A stretch of 64,000 nt of DNA from Patiria miniata (Eukaryota), in assembly GCF_015706575.1 (NCBI RefSeq), contig NW_024037060.1:1073983-1137982 (forward strand), given 5' to 3'. Below are positions 1-9,806 of this stretch, in pieces. Position numbers and translations under genes: made by a program. Within the stretch, counting starts at the first letter, position 1, and each line of letters begins with the position of its first letter. A model generated the notes under the pieces. The model made no database searches. It saw only the letters and a list, made by a program, of their open reading frames with translations, and was not told where the DNA came from.

Positions 1-672
1 ATTTGCGTATGCACGCGCTGCTGCTCCTGATCGGATGAGCTGTAGTATAGAATCGATTTGAACAAAAATGAATTCGATTTGTACTCCCAGTACCAGTACT
101 GGAGCCGAGTACCGAGTCCAAAACCAACGAGTCCGTGCCAAAATAATCGAATACGGGCCGAGTCCAAATAATTTTCGAGTAGGCCGATCGAGTGCTTGCG
201 TGTAGTACTCGAGTTGTACAACACTGCTAATTTTTGGGCAACCGCTTGACATTGAGCAATCTCACCCATTTAATAATGGGATGGTCCAACTATTAAAGAT
301 ACTAGTGGCAGCATGGCAGGCGCGGCGCAGGCAGCACGGTACAGCACAGGCGCGGCTGTGTGAGTGTTGATCCGACCATCCGACGAAATGTCAAAGTTTT
401 CCGTCATTCAAATAGTCATACTCTTTCCACACATTGAACTAAAATAACTGCTAAATGTGTTTTGTAACCAAAGCTTCGGCAAATACAATATCTTATTACA
501 ATTAGGGGCCTACATGCAATTAATTATTTGTGAAGGACGGTGGAATCGCAGGGCGGCCTCGGACTGGTTTTGTACACACGGTAGGCCTACGTACTGCTGT
601 TTGGCATGTTTAGATGATGTGCTATATTCTGTACGAATCTCGTGATCCGGCCATTCAACCTTTTTTTAAGGC

Positions 673-1670
673 TGTTGTGCCCATTCTTGAAAATCACGCA
701 TTCTCGAGAATGGGCGCGCATTCTTAAGAATGAGCGCCCATTCTTAAGAACGAGCACGCGTTCTTAAGAATGAGTGCTCATTCTTAAGATTGGGTGGGAA
801 TATCACGTGCACAATTTATGAATTTTGCCCAATCTTAACAAACATTGCACGACATAATTATGTTAAATGAATTGTATAGCGGTTAAAAGGGAAACAATTC
901 ATATAAAGAGGAAAGAAAATGTTCTATGCTTCTGTACTCGTAAAACTACGATAATTTGAATCAAATTAAACCTGTTATTATTGCTTTTTTTCTGCCCACT
1001 ATGGGAAGTTTTGTAATAACGGAGGACTGGGAACTAGTCTGGGAAGTGCTTTGTTTAGGCTAAACAAGTTACAAGTCCCTGCATGTATCATATGCGTGCC
1101 ACGAAAAAAAAACGATGTCCAGAAGCTGCCAAAATTGCTCTTTTGACTAGATAGAATCCAGCTCTGCGACGTTATGGTGGGGTGTGAACAATAAATTGGT
1201 GGCAATTTAAATGGGAAATAGCATTAGCACTATGGGATGTCGCAGTATTCATTCTCATTCTTCACATTCTTCATTCTTACGTCCCCCCCCCCCCCCCCCC
1301 CCCCCCGCTTTTATTATCCCAAAAATCAGAATTCTTCGAACTAGTATTATTATGTCTCTTATTTTTTCCCGCTCCCCCCCCCCCCATATCAATACGCCTT
1401 TAGTTATCATATTCCACTCTACTTTTCAGCGCCTTGCGTTGCAACAGTATAATTATTGAGAATCAGTGAACGAGGATTCAGCTAGACTTGCCAAGCGCAG
1501 CCGGTGCTCGGCATCGACAAGACCGTTATCTTGTCGCGCATACTCAAGAATGTGCGCTCAATCTGGAAGAGTTATTTTTTGCCAAGATTGAGCAAGGATC
1601 CAGTTGCACATTCTCAAGAATGTGCATGCCCATTCTCGAGAATGCGTGATTTTCAAGAATGGGCACAACA
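673..1670. mobile_element. 998-bp non-autonomous TIR DNA transposon in the P1 upstream region (absent from P2-P4)
   Basis: Perfect terminal inverted repeats of about 43 bp (TGTTGTGCCCATTCTTGAAAATCACGCATTCTCGAGAATGGGC); subterminal palindromic CATTCTTAAGAATG repeats; 4-bp TSD AGGC (669-672 and 1671-1674); the empty site ttttttaaggcgattgtg is present in P2. Confidence 0.75.
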
Positions 1671-1904
1671 AGGCGATTGTGTAGGCCTAGGCGCAAGGCT
1701 ATACATGTATAGTTATTTCATCATAGTAGTACAGTGCAGTGTCCACCGGCCCCCTCTATCTTTTGGTCCTAAGACGACTGTGCCAACATGCACGCCTAGC
1801 ATGTCTGACTAAGCCTGACTTGCTATTGCGGCTTAATTTCCTTTCCTTAAATTGATCTTTGTTTTGTTCTAACCGGTTGTTTACATTTTAAAACTTTCTC
1901 CAAT

Positions 1905-2149
1905 TCTTTCAGTTTCAGCTCAGTGACGTGCCATGCGTGTGGGTGGTAATCAGGTTATGAACTGCCCACCTCTTTCAAGGGTCCTGCAAAAAGGATGTGG
2001 CAGGCTGCAGGCAGAGGCAGTCGCTACGTCTTAATTAATGTCACCCTTGCTGCATCTGGTGCAGATGTCCTGATATTACCAACAAATCCCACGCAGGTTG
2101 AGAGACCGCTAGTCACGACACTAGTTTTAATTGAACACATCAAGTAACC
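1905..2149 (+). promoter_or_regulatory. Conserved proximal promoter/5'UTR block of the + strand paralogs, containing TGACGTGCC (CRE-half/ACGTG)
   Basis: About 250 bp immediately upstream of the ATG is near-identical in P1, P2 (23110-23353) and P3 (34205-34442). In P4 (44170-44633) the same block is interrupted by a 208-bp insertion and the motif reads TGATGTGCC. Confidence 0.3.
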
Positions 2150-2414
2150 ATGGCAGAAACCGACGCCCTGTTGTCGTACGTATCACCCAAGGATTCACAC
2201 CCAAGCTTGACCAAATACAATACTGTCAATGGGGACAGCCTTAGTGCGGAGACCCCATCTCCTGTGACGAACAGCTTGAAGAATGAGAGGGGAAAGCCCA
2301 TGGCAGCAGAACACGTGGTGTACAAAGCAAGGTGGTTCATTCTGGCCGTCTTCTCGCTACTTTGTATGTTGCAAGCAGCAACGTGGAACACATGGGGTCC
2401 CATCGCAGACACAG
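2150..2414 (+). CDS. SLC49-family MFS transporter (DIRC2/SLC49A4-like) paralog P1, exon 1/11
   Basis: Kozak aaccATGG at 2150; GT donor at 2415-2416 (phase 1); encodes MAETDALLSYVSPKDSHPSLTKYNTVNGDSLSAETPSPVTNSLKNERGKPMAAEHVVYKARWFILAVFSLLCMLQAATWNTWGPIADT (TM1). Confidence 0.8.
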
Positions 2415-2877
2415 GTTTGTCACACAATTTCACCAGTCTGTGCTGACAGGAGAGTTGTAACCAAGTCATTTTTGTCCTAGTCAAGTCAAGTCACAAGTCA
2501 CATATTTTCAAGTCAAGTCAAGTCTCAAGTCATTTTTTTCCAGAGTGAAGTCGTCTCAAGTAAAAAAAAGTAGTGACTTGAGTCCGACTCGAGTCCAAGT
2601 CAGCGACTCGAGTTAACAACACTGGCTGACAGCGTTAGCAGAAAATGTCTGATCTAACCCAGTAACCGCAGAATCCTTCGTTACGGGATGTAAACATGTG
2701 TATAATCCAAAATTCCTCTCTAACCCGTAAAAATAATTTGATTCCTTTTAATTCTAGGACCTACCTATAGATCTGGAATTATATTGTGTACATAATATCA
2801 GATTTTCGATTTACTTATAAGCTTCATTGATTGTAATGCATGATTTTAAACCTAATTCTTCATCATCTGATTTCTAG

Positions 2878-2988
2878 CCAAGGTTGTGTTGGACTGGACG
2901 GATGGTGACATAGCCCTGTTGGCCAACTGGGGTCCCATTGCATTCGTAATCACCTGCTTTTTCTTTTCCTATCTACTTCTCATCAAAG
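2878..2988 (+). CDS. P1 exon 2/11
   Basis: ttctag|CC acceptor, AAAG|gtaaga donor; 111 nt; AKVVLDWTDGDIALLANWGPIAFVITCFFFSYLLLIK (TM2). Confidence 0.8.
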
Positions 2989-3442
2989 GTAAGAAATTGT
3001 AGCACAATAATCTCATGGTTTTCATGTCGTGTTTTGTGAAATTTGTTGTTTTTATGAGAGCTACCTTGTGGGGTACTTGCACAAATGGAACAATGGTGCC
3101 GTATTTGTGTCTGCCGGTTGTTGTCTAACGGTGCCCAGAAGGGAAATTCTAAAGAAGAAGAATAAGAGTAGAACAATGCAAGACCCATAAGCCTCATCTA
3201 TAAGGTTGGGTGTAGGCCGGTGCAGGGGAGGGGGGGGGGTAGTTTGGGGCAGTATAAGGTGTTAACATCCCTCCCTCCTAAAACAGACAAAATTTGAATG
3301 GAAAAAAAAAAACGCACTTCCCTTTGAAAATAATTTTTAGAACACATGCTTTAAAGACATTATATAGCGTTAACATGTTTGAAACTCACGGAAATAGTGC
3401 AAAATAATTCATCAGCTATCTGTTTCTTTTCGTGTCCTGCAG

Positions 3443-3533
3443 GTCTCAGGTTTTTCGTATTATGCAGTTCCTTGATCTTCCTATTGGGAGTCACTATACG
3501 GTGCATTCCTGTCGGTGTAGAAAACGTGAAGTG
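3443..3533 (+). CDS. P1 exon 3/11
   Basis: ctgcag|GT acceptor, AAGTG|gtaaga donor; 91 nt; GLRFFVLCSSLIFLLGVTIRCIPVGVENVKW (TM3). Confidence 0.8.
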
Positions 3534-3795
3534 GTAAGAAAAATTATGAAGGCACAAATTGATTAATTTTCTATTTTTTTTATGAGATGGAAATAGATTC
3601 TGTTTCGTCCACGGGCTGCGAGAAACTAATCATTAGCTTACTTAGGTGGGACTTGAACCCAGGACCTCCTGGACTAGTGCAGATGTCTCAACATGACTAC
3701 GTTGTAGTACCATATTCAAACCATGGAATATTCATTGTCACATTGTAAATTGTCGTCTTAGATTCATTAAATACCTGTTTTGTGTTTTATCCAAG

Positions 3796-3996
3796 GACAA
3801 TGAATGCTGGCCACGTTTTAATTGGCATAGCTAGTCCTGTTATGATGTCAGCACCAACTGAATTATCAGCGGTCTGGTTCCCGCCTCACCAACGGACTAC
3901 GTCCACAGCCATTTCTTTGACCTCAGCAGGTTTTGGCATGTCCATGTCGTTTCTGGTGGGGCCATTAGTGGTCACAAGTCTTCCGCAAAATGCAAG
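3796..3996 (+). CDS. P1 exon 4/11
   Basis: ccaag|G acceptor, GCAAG|gtagta donor; 201 nt; ...[55 protein letters not shown] (TM4-5). Confidence 0.8.
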
Positions 3997-4254
3997 GTAG
4001 TAACCTTACCTATTTGGTTAGTTTCACGTTTGATCTTTTTTTAGAGCAACTGATCTTTGGAAAGAGAACTAATTGAAATCAATTGTCTCTTTTGACAATG
4101 GAAAAGAAGGTTTACTTTTGTTAAATTGAAGAATTATGAATTGTTAAAATGTTCCTCTTAATATCGCTAAGCTGTTACCAAATAATGTTTTTGTTGAATA
4201 AAAAAAAGAAGAAAAAAAAGACACTGCATTGTAACAGTGAATATTTGGTTTCAG

Positions 4255-4328
4255 TTCAAATGCAGAATCCATAGACCCAAAGGAGAAAGCACTGTACTTC
4301 AATGAGATAATGAAGTTAATGTATATAG
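4255..4328 (+). CDS. P1 exon 5/11
   Basis: tttcag|T acceptor, ATAG|gtatgt donor; 74 nt; SSNAESIDPKEKALYFNEIMKLMYI (cytoplasmic loop). Confidence 0.75.
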
Positions 4329-4595
4329 GTATGTACAAACTGTTGTCTTTCCAAAAAGTTACAGGGCTTAATGTTTTGGTCGTAGTAAAACTTCAGTTAA
4401 GGCAAACAGAATGTTGCCTGTAACAAAGATCTAACTGTATTTCAGTAAGTAAGCAGTCTGCAGCAATTTAGTCTTTTAAATATTCGTTGTCAGATTTGAT
4501 TCCAAAAAGGGAGGCTTCGTGATTTGTTTTTAATTTTGTTGAAGTTGAAAAAAAAACCATAAAAGACTTCCCTGAAAAGTCATTTGACTGTTGAA

Positions 4596-4722
4596 CCCAC
4601 TGCTGTTCCGGATTTAAACCAGCCGGAAACCAAACCAACCAAGGTGGTCGAGTGATTAAACATGATTGCGCTTTTAACCAAAATGTTGTTGGCTCAAGTC
4701 CCACCTGAGCAAGCTTGAGGCT
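4596..4722. mobile_element. tRNA-derived SINE-like relic (D-arm-like GTGGTCGAGTGATTAAAC, T-arm-like GGCTCAAGTCCCACC) in intron 5; orthologous in all + paralogs
   Basis: The same element sits at 26160-26290, 36850-36990 and 47095-47230. No acceptor-stem pairing, so it is not a functional tRNA. A second relic (GGGTTCAAGTCCCACC on the minus strand) is in intron 3 (3640-3700 and paralogous sites). Confidence 0.4.
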
Positions 4723-4869
4723 TTTATTTTCTGACTAGTCGCCAGACAGTGTTTAGTGTATATAAATTGCTGCGAGTGCCTATTAAATAACATTGGGGAA
4801 GGGTGAAACCTAATGTAAACAATAGATATTACACACATTTGTATTATTTGTTTTCATTTGATGTTTCAG

Positions 4870-4999
4870 AATGTGGAGCTGTGGCCGTCGTGGTCATCGC
4901 GGCTCTATTGTACTTCCCTGAGAAGCCACCAACCTCGCCCAGCTTATCTGCCACCAAACCTCGGGAAAGCTTCAAAGATGGAGCCCTGAAGATGATCAA
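4870..4999 (+). CDS. P1 exon 6/11
   Basis: tttcag|AA acceptor, ATCAA|gttagt donor; 130 nt; ECGAVAVVVIAALLYFPEKPPTSPSLSATKPRESFKDGALKMI (TM6). Confidence 0.8.
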
Positions 5000-5169
5000 G
5001 TTAGTCTTTAGACAACTGTCCAAAAATTGAAAGAAGAAAACTTCATTTTCAATTTTTTAAGAAACATGCTTTAATTCAATCAAGTGTCAACACGTATTAA
5101 TCATAATCCTTAACTCTGAAACAGCTAAAGATTAAAAGAGTCCCATTTTTGTTGAATATTTGATTAAAG

Positions 5170-5281
5170 GAGCACCCATTTTTGGATTCCTGCGGCAGCC
5201 TACAGCATATCATCTGGAGTTTACAGTGGCTGGACCACGCAAATGGACACAATTTTCAAGAATACTCTGAATATAGGACAG
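5170..5281 (+). CDS. P1 exon 7/11
   Basis: ttaaag|G acceptor (an alternative AG lies 3 nt downstream), GACAG|gtaaca donor; 112 nt; KSTHFWIPAAAYSISSGVYSGWTTQMDTIFKNTLNIGQ (TM7). Confidence 0.7.
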
Positions 5282-5454
5282 GTAACAATCACAGTATTCA
5301 AAATTATTTATAATCGCTGAAAGTTTTGTTTAGTACAAGTGCGGCACTGTCCAATATGCTATGCTATGTCTCTGTTGAGTTGTGCTTAGCTGTGTTGTGT
5401 GATTTAGCCATGTTAGCGGATGAATTTCTAATATTTGGGTGGGGTTTTTTTCAG

Positions 5455-5522
5455 GACACTGTTGGTTGGATTGGATTCATCTCCAATATTGCCGGGATGC
5501 TGGGAGGCTTGATAGTTGCAAG
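5455..5522 (+). CDS. P1 exon 8/11
   Basis: tttttcag|GAC acceptor, GCAAG|gtgagt donor; 68 nt; DTVGWIGFISNIAGMLGGLIVA (TM8). Confidence 0.8.
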
Positions 5523-5979
5523 GTGAGTGGTGCAACAGTGTCACAAAAGTTTCACTTCAGTAGAAAAAATTGCTCCTCGTTGAGCTTTGGTCCCAATGGA
5601 GGATCAAGGAGGGCGCTGGGGGGGGGGGGGGCTTAGTCCCCTTAAACTCTCCAGTAAGGTTAAAAAGTCTGGATCTTAAGCTCTGACATTTTGTAGTTTA
5701 CATGTATGTGCCTGGGTTGGTCTACCTTTCCACTCCCCATTTTATAAAATGTACCAGTCCATTGACCTGTGTGGTTAGATTAGGTGGGTGATAAGGCATA
5801 CAGGATCACCAGGTCAGTGCCACGCTCATGTAGATGGTCACACAGGGTGAAAGTTTTCCATATGGTGGGTTAAAAATCCTCGAAAAAATCATGCATTCAG
5901 ATGCTGATCTGGATCACTTCCAAATGAAATTAACTATTATTAACTATTTTATCTCTCCTTGTTTTTGTGACTTCACCAG

Positions 5980-6098
5980 ACTTGTAGACATCCTAGGCGG
6001 TAGGATGAAGGCAGTATTGATTTCACTCACCCTGGCAGCCTTCGTTAGCTGTGTATGGTGTGTCCTACTCTCAATGAAGTATATCTCATACAGTTTAG
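5980..6098 (+). CDS. P1 exon 9/11
   Basis: tcaccag|A acceptor, TTAG|gtgagt donor; 119 nt; RLVDILGGRMKAVLISLTLAAFVSCVWCVLLSMKYISYSL (TM9). Confidence 0.8.
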
Positions 6099-6463
6099 GT
6101 GAGTAACATGAGATAGTGTCGAAAAAAATGTAATGCGCACTTTTTATGTAAGTCGTGTGTGCTTCAACTTCAAGTTGAGATTATCTGAAAGATTGTGAAA
6201 TTGAAGCAGATACGGGCAAATTTCTAACAGGGGTGCAGAGTTTCGAAATTTTCAGGTTGTTTTATTTATCTTAAAAAGCTTCATAAGAAAATGTGAACAC
6301 CCCTAATAAAAAAATATGAAATATGACAGTCACCCAGGTTTTACAAATGTTTTAAGCTTATATCAGACATACATTGCAAGTGTTTTCAATGTTTATTTTT
6401 GGGAATTGTTTATTGGACATTCACCTATATTTGATTCTGTGATTTGTTTCTCTTTGGTTGCAG

Positions 6464-6646
6464 TGAGTGTCTACATTGCATGTATCTTCATTGGACTTTT
6501 CATCAACGCCTCCTTCCCCATATACTTTGAGATCACGGTCGAGGGCATGTATCCTGTCTCGGAAGGCAACATAACAATGGTGATGACATTCCTGACCAAT
6601 GTGGTTTCTGTGATATTCCTGTTGCTGCCGATGATTCCAAATCTAA
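6464..6646 (+). CDS. P1 exon 10/11
   Basis: ggttgcag|TG acceptor, CTAA|gtaagt donor; 183 nt; VSVYIACIFIGLFINASFPIYFEITVEGMYPVSEGNITMVMTFLTNVVSVIFLLLPMIPNL (TM10-11). The acceptor was chosen by homology to P5, since the ORF reads through upstream. Confidence 0.75.
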
Positions 6647-6823
6647 GTAAGTTCAAAATTCTGAAATAACTGAGGCTGCTACCACCGTCACAATGGACTC
6701 AGTGCGCAAACAAGAGAGGGCGCTTTTTCTACCACTTTTGAGAGCCATGTGGACGGGAGACATCATGTGCCCGTTCTGGTTCATGCACCTGCAGCATGAA
6801 GGAGGCATGACTAGTTTTGTTTT

Positions 6824-7098
6824 CAGGGGCTGATCCAGAACACAATTTTTTTTGGGGGGGGGCCAAAAAAATGTTGGTCCCCAAAAAGTGGGTCCAAGAA
6901 TATAACTGTGTGGGTTTTGGGGACCGCTTAAGGGCCCCCCCCCCCCCCCAATTTTTTTTTGGATTTTAGTGGTGTGATCTGTGGTGCGATCTGAGGCAAT
7001 TTTCTGACCACTTTGACCCAATTTTTTTGAGGAAAAGATGGTGGTGTACGCAGTGCCTGCCTTTATGACCCCCCCCCCCCCCCCCGGATCTGCCCTTG
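6824..7098. mobile_element. MITE family A (TIR CAAGGGCGGATCCAG, G/C homopolymers) in P1 intron 10; the copy is orthologous in P1-P4
   Basis: Terminal CAGGGGCTGATCCAG ... CCGGATCTGCCCTTG; the same insertion site occurs in P2 (28500-28713), P3 (39393-39670) and P4 (49414-49731). Confidence 0.7.
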
Positions 7099-7837
7099 TT
7101 TATTTTGAATATGCATATAGCAGGGTTCGACCTTAGCGGTGGTCCGCTGGCCAAATGCCAGTTGAATTGCCGGCGGACCAGCTGAAACACCTTGCCAAGT
7201 GGTCCGGCTGGCCAGCTGAAAAAATCTGCGTCAAAAAAATGCTTGTTGTATTTATTTGGTTTCTTACTTACATTCGCTATTTTTTCAAAAGAAACCTCTG
7301 TTATTTTTACAAATTTGCTTCGCGATATGACGACTTCGCAATTCGATGTCACGGTGACTATAATCATGTGCGTAATCCAGCCCAATGCGGCGATGACTGG
7401 TTCCCGCCGCGCCAATTTAGAAGACATCATGATGAAAATGCGGTAACTATTCTGTGCACGGCTATGCGATCGATAGAGCATGGCTATGCATCGTGCTCTG
7501 TCAACTGGTCGGATTCGACATCGAAAAAATGCCAAGAAAACACTTATGGAGAAAGAACATTTTTGCAAGTTAATTTTATACAGAATTGAACTAGCTTGCC
7601 TGTGTATGTATTTTCTGTGTTCAAGAGTTCATTTTGAGAACGCATTACTCGTATTTGGAGTGATACATGCCGTGTGTTTCCCGAAATTTTTGACCGTGAA
7701 AACGGGTCTGTCGGCCCATGGTGGGCCGCTTGCCACACACGCACGCATCACACACCTCGGAGTTTTGGCCAGCTCCCCACGTCTTGACTAGCATTGTGCA
7801 TATGGTGCGAACGACCTGAATTTTCCATTATTTTTTG

Positions 7838-8249
7838 GGTAATCCTTACTTTTAGGACCCCTTTCCTATATAAGGTTAAAAGACTCACCAACACAGCTGA
7901 CTAAATGACACTCAAAAGTGACATTCTGTTATTTCTTGGCACATTTGAACAGTTGGCAATGACACCTCTTGAATATCAGCAGGTTTGATTTTGTAGAAAG
8001 AGGGCAGGGTTTTGATTTATGAGGGGACGATGACAAACAGAAAATAGATTTAAAAAGCAAGATGGCGAACTGCAAAAAAAGGTAGGAAAGTCACTTTTTC
8101 TTTCAAAATAATAACTAACATGAGTTTGTTAGAAGAAAAAAGACTTCTTTAGCCTGCAAAAGTCACTTTGGTACTGGACAGTCATCTGCAAAAGTCAGTT
8201 TTGAACAGAACTCGTACAAAATAGAGGTGTCCTAAAAGTAAGGATTACC
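7838..8249. mobile_element. MITE family B (21-bp TIR GGTAATCCTTACTTTTAGGAC)
   Basis: Perfect 21-bp inverted termini at 7838-7858 and 8229-8249; AT-rich flanks; TSD ambiguous. Confidence 0.55.
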
Positions 8250-8561
8250 ATTTTTTTGAAATTATCGAACGTAAATATATTGACAATAATTAAAAGTAGG
8301 TTTTATTCACTTTTTGTCGCCATTTCGTGTATAGCTTTCGTAGTGCAATGAAAATAGTTCAGGCTAATACTTCGCATATAAATAATTGAATACCCCATTC
8401 AATCTGCATTAAAAAAATTGGCAAAAAAAAGAATACTTTCCGACCAACCGACCCTATTTTTGAAAGGCATGTAATCGGAAGCAGAACTATATTTTTTTGG
8501 CCTAATTAAGGTAGGTTTTATTCACTTTTTGTGGCCATCATTTTGTGTATAGCTTTCGTAG

Positions 8562-9037
8562 TCAAGGGCGGATCCAGGGGGGGGGGGGCATCCCCCCCCC
8601 CCCAAAAACGAAACCAATTTTTTTTTTTTGTATGTGACATTGCAATAAAGGCAGGCAATGAGTACACCACCATCTTTTCCTCAAAAAAAAATTGGTGAAA
8701 GTGGTCAGAAATTGCCTCAGATCGCAGAGCATCTAGAATCCAAAATGTTTTCGGGGCCCTTAACCCTTAATACCAAAACGAAACCAATTTTTTTTTTTTT
8801 TTGTATGTGACATTGCAATAAAGGCAGGCAATGAGTACACCACCATCTTTTCCTCAAAAAAACATTGGTGAAAGTGGTCAGAAATTGCCTCAGATCGCAG
8901 AGCATCTAGAATCCAAAATGTTTTCGGGGCCCTTAAGCGGGCCCCGAACCCCACGCCGTAATTTTTTTGACCCACTTTTTTTGGGGACCACAATTTTTTT
9001 TGGCCCCCCCAAAAAATGTATTCAGGATCCGCCCTTG
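8562..9037. mobile_element. MITE family A copy, opposite orientation, with an internal roughly 150-bp duplication
   Basis: CAAGGGCGGATCCAGGGGG...CAGGATCCGCCCTTG; inserted into the second copy of a local roughly 250-bp tandem repeat (8270-9230), whose first copy gives the empty site. Confidence 0.65.
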
Positions 9038-9675
9038 TTTGTATTACAATGAAAATCAATCAGGCTAAAACTTCGCCTACTGAGGCCTAATTGAATACCC
9101 CTTTCAAGCTGCATAAAAAAAAATTGGCCAAAAAACCCCCAAAAATCCGACCGACCAACCCTATTTTTAAAAGGCATGTAATCTGAGGCAGAACTTTATA
9201 TTTTTTTTGCGGCCTCAGATCATGGAGGAAGAAAATAGACCTCTATTGCTCAGGTGACATGGGTGTTGACTATAGTCTAGTTATAACTTATGTGAAACTG
9301 ATTAACTGGTGGGTACACGCTGTATAAGACGGACCAGTCAAAAACCTGGCAGACCAGTCAAAATTCTAGCCAACTGGTCCGGCTGGCCAGTCAAAAAAAA
9401 AGTTAAGGGCCATGTCATCCCGCATGAGCGTCAGGCGTCAGCAATGCATTGGAATGTCTCTCCCAGTGGTCTCCCCCAACTCTGCCCTTCTTACCGTTGA
9501 GGGGGTACTTGTGCACAGAGCCCGTAGACTCGCCCATTATGCCCTGCCCAATTTTGTTTCAACCAATCACAGCCTTAAAGTCTAGCAACAAGTCCAATAA
9601 GTCCTCAGCAAATTTTTGTACTGAGTAGCTGTATGAAATTGTGTTGGTCATTGATATTTTCCTCTTTGTTCGCAG

Positions 9676-9806
9676 GTGTGATTTGGATGAACTGGCTCCT
9701 TCTAGGTTCCCGCTTTGTGTGCTTGCCTCTCCTCATGATGTATAAGGAGCATTATAATCGTCTGGATGAAGATATGACGGAAGTATCCAGAGAGGATAAC
9801 AAATGA
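9676..9806 (+). CDS. P1 exon 11/11 (terminal, TGA 9804-9806)
   Basis: ttcgcag|GT acceptor after a 3.0-kb intron 10; SVIWMNWLLLGSRFVCLPLLMMYKEHYNRLDEDMTEVSREDNK* (TM12 plus tail). Total CDS 1485 nt, 494 aa. Confidence 0.75.

Larger units (their letters stand above)
7117..9420. other. P1-specific roughly 2.3-kb insertion in intron 10 (composite; carries the MITE-B copy and one MITE-A copy)
   Basis: P2-P4 read ...tatgcatatagcaatgtcatctcgcatgagcgtcaggcg... uninterrupted. In P1 the sequence from gggttcgacc to gttaagggcc is inserted between atatagca and atgtcatc. Both ends carry the direct repeat GGTCCGGCTGGCCAG(C)TGAAAAAA. Confidence 0.6.

Noticed and set aside
2140-2484. Antisense ORFs of 105-122 aa opposite exon 1 in every paralog (for example 2140-2484, 23344-23661, 34433-34768, 44611-44979, and 59830-60057 on +)
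   Set aside because: They are conserved only because they mirror the strongly constrained sense sequence RRWFILAVFSLL...WNTWGPI. They have no independent start context or homology, and they end exactly where exon 1 ends.
4596-4722. tRNA-like sequence (GGTGGTCGAGTGATTAAAC...GGCTCAAGTCCCACC)
   Set aside because: There is no acceptor-stem pairing or canonical anticodon loop. It sits in an intron at orthologous positions in four paralogs, which fits a tRNA-derived SINE relic rather than a tRNA gene.
6316-6669. ORF-track extension of exon 10 upstream to 6316 (and similar read-through ORFs at 27980, 48894 and 14803)
   Set aside because: It is an in-frame read-through into the intron. The true acceptor is at ttggttgcag|TG (6463/6464), the position conserved in all five paralogs including the diverged P5.
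7155-7589. 144-aa + ORF and the overlapping 200-aa - ORF (6966-7568) inside P1 intron 10
   Set aside because: They lie within a copy-specific repeat insertion and run across MITE homopolymers. The products are low-complexity with no recognisable domains, and both use GTG/TTG-type starts from the prokaryote-style ORF track.
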